Positions 53,980-64,000 of a stretch of DNA of 64,000 bases are shown here, in pieces (the first letter of the stretch is position 1; each line of letters opens with the position of its first letter). The notes below the pieces were generated by a model, which saw only the letters and a program-made list of their open reading frames with translations, was not told the DNA's origin and did not search any database. Made by a program: the position numbers and the translations under genes. Source of the DNA: the human T2T-CHM13v2.0 reference genome, Homo sapiens; the NCBI RefSeq assembly GCF_009914755.1, contig NC_060934.1; one strand, 5' to 3'.

Positions 53980-54275
53980 TTTTTTTTTTTTTTGGAGATG
54001 GAGTCTGGCTTTATCACCCAGACTGGAGTGCATTGGCACCATCTTGGTTCTCCACAACCTCCACCTCCTGGGCTCAAGCACTTCTCCTGCTTCACCTGCC
54101 CAAGTACCTGGGACTACAGGTGCACGCCACCACACCTGGCTAATTTTTGTATTTTTAGTAGAGACGTGTTTCACCATGTTGACCAGGCTGGTCTTGAACT
54201 CCTGACCTCAGGTGATCTCCCTGCCTCGGCCTCCCAAAGTGCTGGAATTACAGGCATGAGCCATTGCACCCAGCC
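53980..54275 (-). mobile_element. AluS
   Basis: Full dimer with poly-T; TSD catattaa(g/c)cat. Confidence 0.93.
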
Positions 54276-54734
54276 CATATTAACCATTTTTAAGTGTAGT
54301 GTTGAGTAGTGTTAAGTACACTCACACTGTTGTACAACCATTCTCCAGAACTCTTCATCTTAAAACTCTAAAACTCGGTACCCATTAAAAAAAAACTCCA
54401 CATTCCCCTGCATCCCCAGCCCCTGGCAACCACCATTTTGCTTTCTGTCTCTATGAATTTGACTCCTCTAGGTACTTCACATTAGTGGAATCATGCAGTA
54501 TTTGTCTTTTTGTGAATGATGTTTCACTTACCATAACGTCTCAAAGTTCACTTATGTTGTAGTATGTATCAGAATTTCCTTCCTTTTTAAGGCCATTGAA
54601 TGTATATCCTACATTTTGCTTATCCATTCATCCATCAGTGGACACATAAATTGCTTCTACCTTTTGGCTATTGTGAACAATATTGCTATGAACATGGCTG
54701 TACAAATGTCTCTTGGAGATTCGGCTTTCCTCTT

Positions 54735-54903
54735 CTTTTTCTTTTTTTTTCAGAGACAGGGTCTCTCTCTGTTTCCCAGCCTGGAGTGCAGGGGTGCAAT
54801 CCTAGCACTTCACAGCCTGAAACTCTTGGGCTCAAGTGATCCTCCTCCCTCAGCCTCCTGAGTAGCTAGGACTTCAGGCATGTGACACCACACCCAGCTA
54901 ATT
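54735..54903 (-). mobile_element. Alu right monomer (FRAM or truncated AluJ)
   Basis: Single arm 'gagacagggtctc..ctcttgggctcaagtgatcctcc..cacacccagctaatt'. Confidence 0.85.
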
Positions 54904-57068
54904 CCATTCTTTTGGGTATATTCCCAGAAGTGGAATTGTTGGATCATATGGTAATTATATTTTCTGAGGGACTGCTATACTATTTTCCATAGCAGCTGCA
55001 CTATTTTGCATTCCCACCAACAGTGCATAGGGTTCCAATTTCTCTACATTCTTGCCAACATTTTCTGTTTTTTTTAATAGTAGCCCTTTTAATCGGTATG
55101 AAGTGATATATCACTGTGGTTTTGACTCGCGTTTCCCTAATGATTAGTGATGTTGAGCTCACCTTCATATTTTGAAGTCCATGACATTTCAACCATGAAA
55201 CAAAGTTCAGTGAAACTCATCAGGGTCTTTAACAAGTCTAGTGCCTATGTGGGCCAAAATCTCTATGCACATGTGACCTAAATTACATGGCATGGTAACA
55301 GGTTTCCTTTAGTGGGAAAGAATCTTTTAGCTCTGGGGAGATTTAAAATTAAGTGTAGGAAGGATTGCAATAATTAAAATGAAAGTAATAATATTTGGTG
55401 GTTAAGAAGAAAGCTGTTCATATTTCTTATTTTACAAATTTGTCTTCTTGGAATGACAGTCTTATGACTTCAGTTGAAAATTTGTAATTGTGTGATTTTG
55501 ACTTAGGGCGACCAATTTCTCCTGATTTGCTCAGAATTGTCTTCATTTTAAAATAGAAAGCTCTGTATACCAGACATCTCCTCAGTTAGGGATGGTTTAT
55601 CACTTTATTTAGACTTGAGATTTTAAACTGAAATGTTACTAAGCTCATATACAATATTGGACCATTTAAAAGAACTTCAGTGTCATCAGGTTTAATGTAC
55701 AAGATATAAAACAGCTTCTTAAATATCTGCTGTAATTTCTATAATTTAGATAATTGAAGTACTTAAAATATAGAATATATTAAATTTAGAAACAAAGTTT
55801 AAATATTTGAAAGTGTTTAATTAATGAGACCAAACATTATTCAAAGCGCACTTAAAAATAATTATTAACATTTGCTATACTTATATACAGACTAAAGAGA
55901 TTTGTGAGCTGAACTTAATGACTATTTATCTGGAAGACAAAAATCCCATTTCATTCTGTGTTGCCACAACTGAATCTTAAGTTTAAGGTTTTCCTTAGTT
56001 AAATTAAACACCAATTGTTTAAACCAAAAACAAATTGAGAAACAGTCTTTTGGGAATACTAAGCTACTCTATAGGACCAAAAATTGGCATCAACTACAGC
56101 TCATGATATTCAAAAATACTTCCATTTAAGGAGTTTCAAAAGGACTCAGATTATCCTGGTAACATGGGGTATATTAATAGTTGTCAAGCAAATCAATAGA
56201 ACACATTAATTATTGTAACCATATATATATTTGAAATGAAGACATCATTTTTGAGAGTCTGAAGATCAATTTAAACTGCATTTTGTTGTTTTGAGGACAC
56301 AGCTCAATTTCACTGACTGACATTTTCAGCTAAAAAATGGTCTCAGTACTTTCCTTCTCTTAATAGAGCACTGCCTCCGTAATGTCGCTAAAGATTAAAG
56401 AGGATTAATGCCCATTCTAACAATTTGTAAATATCACTACATTTAAATATTCTAAATTGCTTATACTTAACCAGGATTAAAAGGAATGACCTCTTAAGAT
56501 TCACAATTTTTTTTTTTTTGCTTTATTTCTCTGACAAAAACTATTTTTGGAAATAAGGTTTATCCTGCAAGCTTTACCAAAGTGGTAATTTCAATAGAAA
56601 GTCAAAGAAAACATGACGTCCAAAGAACCACCAAGCTGTAGGCAACAATATTTATAGGCACTCAGATTCATGCACATTCTTTTCAGGCTACAAAAGGCCT
56701 GTTATCCCACTTGGGGTAAGCTAGTCTTGAATACTGATTTGAAGTATCACAACGAGTGACAATTGCTTCCTAGCTACTCCACTTTGTTATATGCTTATCT
56801 CTGGAGTATGTTCCATCTCAAGCATGGCTCATGGCTACTGGCCTATTTAGATTGAAAACAAGAGAAAGGCAGCATGTGTCTTCCACTGTAATCTGTGACA
56901 CCACAGCAGTTTCCCTGGTAGGGATGTACAGAGTAACCCTGCAGAACTCACAGGTTATAACAAACTGCTGCTCTGTTACCCCAGAGGAGATTAAGTGATG
57001 ATCTGGAAGACAAAAATCCCATCTTATTTTGTTACCAAAACCCAATCTTAAGAATTAAATACTTATGA

Positions 57069-57384
<316 letters not shown>

Positions 57385-59432
57385 TTAAATACTTCTGGGG
57401 AAAAGCCTAACATTCCAAAAGACAATTTATTATAATAGATATGCTATTACATTAAAGACAATTGCAGCCTTCTAATTCATTCTTAGTTTAAATGTATCAT
57501 GGTTGAGGGAAAAAGGCTAGGTTAATAATATGAACACATTTTTATCAACATGAATCTGAAATGTTTTTGAAAAGCCTGTTATATAGATTATTAGAAAGGT
57601 TAGATTTTCCAAAAGGTTAATATTTATTTTTAACAAGAATGATTTCTTAAATTATAGTTTTAAAACGTTAATAATTGCCAGTGGTTTCAAATAGACTTCC
57701 TTTTATCAGGGAGCTGGGTTCTTTTGGTTCACTAGACCTCCTTGATCTTAGGCTGTATAAATTGTTTAGTTTTATTTGGTGCCATAGGGACTCCTTCAAA
57801 CTTATCAGAAGCCTCAGTTTAATACAGAAAAAGAGAGGCTCAGACATGTCAATATAATACTGTTAATGTTTTCCACGTTTGTGATTTCAGGGTCAAAGTC
57901 AAACCTCTTATTGTATTAATAATAGCAAAGCAAAAATAGGCTTTGTAGTTGTGAATTCATGGTTTTAAAGAATAATTTCCCTATGTTTTTATTAATTCAA
58001 GCCATCCATTGAACCACTCAAGGATTCCATTATGTATTTGAATGATGTATCTCATACTGTACCTTTAACTTTGGAAGACTATGAGAATGGATATGCGTGT
58101 GATTCTTTACAGTCATCAACATAGGATATTTCCTTTGTTCAAAAGTTATGTTAATTAATAACATTAAAAGTTATATTTAGTAAAATAAACTTTAGAGCTT
58201 AGCAGTAAAATAATTAAAAGCCAGTTTTCCTCTACTCATTATTTAAAAGAGCATGGTTTGCAAGTTAGTTCATATGCTATGCATTATGAAGCATGGCCAT
58301 ATATTCTGGATTCTTTTACTATCTGATTTGTAGACCCAGCAATAATCAGAATTTTAATAAAAAAGTTCCAGAGAAAACCCAGAAAGCCTCAGCTTACCAA
58401 GCGCTTTCCTTTTGAGAGTGTATTGAATCCACGTTCCATTCAGCACTGATTAGTGGTAAAACTAAACCAAAGCTGTCGGCGTATTGCAAAAGGCCTTTGC
58501 TTGACCAAAGCTCTTGTTTAAGACAAAGCTGCCATTGATGTCCACCCCAGGTGACAAGGGGTGAGAATGGAGTGACTTGGCAGCTTCTTTTTCTACCTGT
58601 GGGTCTTGCCCTTCTGTCATTCCCACCTGACACCCTTCCCCACCTTAAACTTGATATTGGTGGATGGGAGCAGGAATTCACAATGCAGCTAAAATAAAGA
58701 TGCTCAAAGCTCCCTCTTCTGTATGGCAGACCTGGATTGTGTGCCTTTGAGAGGGGCAAGCTTGTCTTTCCTATTCCCTAAGAAATATATCCTTACCTAG
58801 CCAAACCTATTTCCCCTTCCTGAGGGCCTATGCAGGCATGCACAACACAGCAGTGTTCTACGTTAGATTTTGCACCAGGGTTCACTCAGGGTCTGCTGGT
58901 GGCTGTGAGAAGAACCTCTCAGCTGGAATGGTTCATGAGTGAATGGTAAAGCCTAGGTTTCAATTACTTTGGAGAATGGAACGTTTCTTAGCTTTCTTTC
59001 CTCATGAACTTCGTGGTATCATTTGTCATGCCATTTTGCCAGCTATGCACTTTTTTACATAGTTTTGTTTGGTTTGCAACTCACGAATATCAATCAAAGA
59101 AGTTGTTTCATTTTTAAGAAATGGCAAAGAATATCTTGCCTCCTTCTGTTGTTTCATAGGTGAGTTATATGGCATGTGGAAGCTGAGAATTCAAACTCAA
59201 TTCATGCTAACTCTTTCCTAAAATTAGGAGAACATTTCTGATTATAACTCATTTCCCTATTTACAAGGTCAAACATTTTGACTTGTAAGGTACCAAACAA
59301 ATATCATGCTTCTGCGTTTGCCAGATTATGTTCTAAAGATATTGACTGGTACATTGTGGTCAAATAATTTTGGGAACAGTGGGTTAAAGAGAGGTAGAGA
59401 TGTTTCTTTACTGAGTCTTAGAGGCACTACAC

Positions 59433-59700
59433 CAAAGTGGTTAGGAGTGTGGACTCCAGAGACCCCACTGTGATCTAACTTTTGATTCCACCACTGACTA
59501 AATGTGTGATCTTGGGCAAGTCAATATCTCTGCACCTCAATTTCCTCATCTGCAAAATGGAGTCAGAAATAGGGCATATCTCTCAGAGTAGTTGTGAGAA
59601 TTACTTCCATTGATATATATCGTATATATAAAGCCCTTAGAACAGAGCCTGACACAAGATAAGCACCATGTATGCCCTGTATTAGCTATTATTGCTATAA
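59433..59700 (+). mobile_element. MIR (near full length)
   Basis: 'gtggttaggagtgtggactc..tgtgtgatcttgggcaagt..ctcaatttcctcatctgcaaaatgg..gttgtgagaatta..cttagaacagagcctgacaca'. Confidence 0.8.
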
Positions 59701-59758
59701 TTATCAAGTTTCTAAAGGGGAGATAAAGCAGTCAGTCTTTCCCAGTCTTACCTATTTG

Positions 59759-59860
59759 TCCATCCATCCATCCATCCATCCATCCATCCATCCATCCATC
59801 CAATTCTCTTCTGACCAATATAAACAGCCTGAAGTGAGAGAGAGAGAGAGAGAGAGAGAG
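59759..59860. repeat. (TCCA)n at 59759-59801 and (GA)n at 59835-59860
   Basis: About 10 TCCA units and about 12 GA units. Confidence 0.92.
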
Positions 59861-61073
59861 TTTGAAAAGTAACTAAAAATTGCATCCTCGTTTGTATTAT
59901 CTATTACTGCTGCCTGCTTTTATTGGGTATTTGCTTATTCACTTTTTCTTGTTTTAAAGAATGGATCAGAACACAATTTGAGGGCTATCCCATAGAAAGA
60001 TTGAAATATTACATTATTTATCAATTAATTCCTGCAGGCTTCCCCAAAGTCCTCTCTCTCACTCGAGAATGGACATTTTGCAAACAGAAATCACAAATAT
60101 ACTAATGTCCTTTATTTATTAGCCAAATTTTGTTTGAGTGCCTGCTGTGTGCCAGGGACTGTTCTGGGCACTGGGGACACAGCAATGAGTGAAATAGACA
60201 AACATCCCATGTTTCATGGAGCTTAGATTCTGTCAGTAACCAATAAGCAGCTCTAGAAACCAATAATGAAGCCACAATCAAGTCATCAAGTCCGCTACAT
60301 TTCTCAAGGCTTCTGAATACATTAAAAAAATGAACAAATTGCAAAATCAGATTTCCTAAATGTTAGTGTATTTCAAATGATATTTTATAAATTATTGCGT
60401 GTAGCACAAAATAAATAGAATAACAGAATATTTAATCTCTTTTAGAAATAATCTCAAAAGTAAAGAAGTATGAGACCTCAGCTGGGCCATAAGGGGCTCT
60501 TGTAGGCGCCCCCCCAACACCCGTACCTACTGACCTTATCCCACCCCAAACTTATGCTGGGTTTAAGTCTTGGTTAAAACTCAATGAACTAATCTGCCAT
60601 TTTTCAGCTAAAATAATGAAGGTTTTTTTCCCTCTCAGCCTTTGTTCAGGGTAAATTTCTTAGACATATAGTTTGTTTTTTATCTACACTAGTTTTTTTA
60701 GTTTAAGGAGCCTATAAAATAGCATATCAACATTAAAGCCTTACATCAAATCAGAAAAAGACAGACGTGCAATTTTTTAAAAATTTTAAAGAGATATGGA
60801 GCCATATATGTCTCTGTCTCAGACTAGAATCAAGCACTGAAATATGACATATACGATGACTGCAATTCAACTCACTAATGTTTTGTTCCTGACATGCAAT
60901 TTTGGTACATGATAACATTGAGTAGTTGTTTTGTTTTTAATTACAAATATAAAAAATGACACTTAACCAGGCTGGATGTTGGACTTTTAGATAATTTTAA
61001 GATAGGGAAATTGTGAATACACAAATATTTAGTGTGTTTGGTTAATAAACTCAGAAGTATATAATTTTTCTAA

Positions 61074-61420
<347 letters not shown>

Positions 61421-62006
61421 GTGTTTGCTTCTTTGGTTATCTGATCAACACCAAGATCAAGCATTTTATATCTTTGGGAAATGCAGGACCTCAGAATTAT
61501 AAATTTTTAGAGTTAGAAGGGGGGCTTGAAGACCCTCTCATTGGACCCACTCCTTTTACAAATGGGGAAACATAAGACCAGAGTGGGTAGGATCAGTTGT
61601 CTTTTGATTGAATTACAATTTTTGTCATGAGCAGAATATTTTATTTAGGTCTTACATAAAATAAGATCCTTGTATCCTACTAAAACCTTCTGTATTATGC
61701 ATCAAATCATCAAAGTGTCAGTGAACCTGCCAAGCAGAAAGTAATGTTAAGTTTAAAAGTATTAAGTACTTTAAAACTGTTTGCTTTTGACATATCTTTT
61801 GGCTCAAATATTCATTTTAAAAATACAATCAAAACAAAAAGTTTCTGTTTTCTATCGTATAACCATTTCTAACTGAATTAAGAAAAAACACGGAATAAAT
61901 GATACTCCTTTCTTTTTCTTTTTCTGCATTTGTACCTGGATTTCTAAATCCAGCCATCATTTTCTATCTCAAATTAAATGAAATGGGGGGCTGAGCAGTT
62001 GCCCAG

Positions 62007-62409
62007 TGTATTAGACCATTCTTGCAGTGCTATAAACAAATACCTGAGGCTAGGCAATTTATAAAGAAAGAGGTTTAATTGACTTATGGTTCTGCAATGT
62101 GTACAAGCTTGGCTCCCAGCATCTGCTTGACTTCCAGGAAGGCCTCAGGGAGCTTTAACTCATGGTGGAAGGCAAAGTGGGAACAAGCACATCACATGGC
62201 AAAAGCAGGAGCAAGAGAGAGAGTTGAGAGAGAGGTACCATACTTTTAAACAACCAGATCTCATGAGAACTTACTCACTATCATGAGGACACTACCAAGC
62301 CATTGAGGGGTCTGCCCACATGACCTAAACACCTCCCGCCAGGCCCCACCTTCAATACGGGGGATTACAGTTCAACATGAGATTTGATGGGGACATTCAA
62401 ACTATATTT
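62007..62409 (-). mobile_element. MSTA LTR (3' LTR of a MaLR provirus)
   Basis: tgtattag..gctataaacaaatacctgag..aaagaggtttaattgac..catggtggaaggcaaag..aaacaaccagatctcatgagaac..caacatgagatttg. Confidence 0.9.
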
Positions 62410-64000
62410 TTCTGCCCCTGGCCCTGCTAACCTCATGTCCTTCTCACATTGCAAAATATAGTCATGCCTTTCCAACAGTCCCTCAAAGTCTTAACTCATT
62501 CTAGAATCAACTCAATCAAAAATCCCAAGTCCCCAATCCAAAGTCTCATCTGGAAATGAGTTCCTTCCATGTATGAGCCTGTAAAATTAAAACAAGTTAT
62601 TTACTTCCGAGATACAATGGGGGCATAGGCATTAGGTAAACATTCTCATTCCAAAAAAGAGAAATTGGTCAAAAGAGAGGGGCTACCGGCCCCATGCAAT
62701 TTTGAAACCCAGCAGGGCAGTCATTAAATCTTAAAGCTCCAAAATAATCCCCTTTGACTTCATGTGCCACATCCAGGGCATACTGGTGCAAGAGGTAGGC
62801 TCCAAGGGCTTGGGCACCTCTGTACCATGGCTTTGCAGAGTTCAGCCCCCAAAACAACTCTCATAGGTTGTTGAGTGCCAGCAACTTTTCCAGGCACAGA
62901 CTGCAAGCTGCTAGTAGATCTACCATTTTGGTGTCTGGAGGATGGTGGCCTCCTTCCCGCAGCTTAACTAGGCAGTGCCCCAGTGGGGACTGTGTGGAGC
63001 TTCCAACCACACGTTTCCCCACTGCATTGCCCTAGTAGAGGTTCTCTGTGAGGGCTTTAACCCTGCAACAAGCTTTTGCTTGGGTGCCCAGGGTTTTTCA
63101 TACATCCTCTGAAATCTAGATGGAGGCTGCCAAGCCTCCTTCACTGTTGCATTCTGCATGCCTACAAGCTTAACATCGCATGGAAGCTGCCAAAGCTTAT
63201 GGCTTACACCCTCTGAAACAGCAGCCTAATCTATATCAGGGGCCCTTTGAGCTGAGGATGGAGCCAGAGTGGCCAGGATGTGGGGAACATTGTCCCAACG
63301 TTGTGCAGAATAGTGTGAAGCTGGGGGGAGGGTGAGGGGGTTGGGTAGGGGTGCAGGTGTGAGTGGGGAGGGTGTCCCTGGGCCTGGACCATGAAACTAT
63401 TCAGTCTTCCTAGGTCTCTGGTCCTGTGATGAGAGGGGCTGCCTCCAAGATCTCTGAAATGCCTTTGAGGTCTTTTCTCCATTGTCTTGGCTATTAGCAC
63501 ATGGCTACTTTTTACTTGTGCAAATCTCCTAAAAAGTGGTTGCTCCACAGTCTCCTTGAATTCATCTCCTAAAAAAGCTCTTTCTTTCTTTGCCACATGA
63601 CCAGGCTGCAAATTTTCCAAACTTTTATGCTCTTACTCCTGTTTAAATATAAGTTCCAACTTTAAGTCATTTCTTTGCTTCCACACCTGAATGTATGCTG
63701 TTAGAAGCAACCATGTCATATCTTGAATGCTTTGTTGCTTAGAAATGTCTTTGGCCAGATAGCCTAAATCATCACTCTGAAGTTCAAACTTCCACAGATC
63801 CCAAAGGCATGAATAGAATGCAACCAAGTTCTTTTCTAAGACATAACACAGGTGACCTTTGCTCCGGTTCCCAATAAGTTCCTCATTTTCATGTGAGACC
63901 TTATCAGCCTGAACTTCACTGTCCATATCACCATCAGCATTTTGGTTACAATCATTTAACCAGTCTCTAAGAAATTCCAAACTTTATTTCATCTTTTTGT
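62410..64000 (-). mobile_element. MST-int MaLR internal sequence, running off the window edge
   Basis: Abuts the LTR through a PPT-like 'tctgcccctggccc'; remnant MaLR ORF LRDWLNDCNQNADGDMDSEVQA..EELIGN..LWKFELQSDDLGYLA (63633-63980). Confidence 0.9.

Larger units (their letters stand above)
53915..55170 (-). mobile_element. second L1MB-type 3' fragment hosting two Alu insertions
   Basis: 'ccccagcccctggcaaccaccattttgctttctgtctctatgaatttgact', 'cattcccaccaacagtgc', 'ttccctaatgattagtgatgttgagc'. Confidence 0.8.

Noticed and set aside
53939-54861. Alu-derived ORFs (also 1788-2223 and 61083-61417)
   Set aside because: Typical Alu translation artefacts.
63231-63980. 115-129 aa ORFs
   Set aside because: Remnants of the MaLR internal ORF, broken by stops and frameshifts.

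Overview
Primate, almost certainly human, genomic DNA: AT-rich introns, Alu/L1/MIR/L2/MaLR repeats and one CpG island. The window is centred on the bidirectional CpG-island promoter (about 24.3-25.3 kb) shared by RAB11FIP2 and CASC2. RAB11FIP2 is on the minus strand, with coding exons 1-3 at 24212-23860, 18614-18172 and 17489-17021; the exons encoding the Rab11-binding domain lie beyond the left edge. CASC2 is a plus-strand lncRNA whose first three exons splice into a 76-codon micro-ORF that the six-frame track cannot see. The rest is intronic and repeat-rich, including a twin-primed 5'-inverted L1PA, nested L1M fragments, Alus, MaLR LTRs and an MSTA provirus. I see no new multi-gene system. 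The best leads are RNA-level hypotheses: a uORF/5'UTR-intron switch, a UACUAAC branch point plus hairpin at the exon 3 acceptor, a stop-free exon 2+3 circle, antisense exon-like signals inside RAB11FIP2, a candidate recursive splice site in CASC2, a 109-bp AT-rich palindrome and unusual retroelement junctions. Repeat subfamilies were called by eye and their boundaries are approximate.
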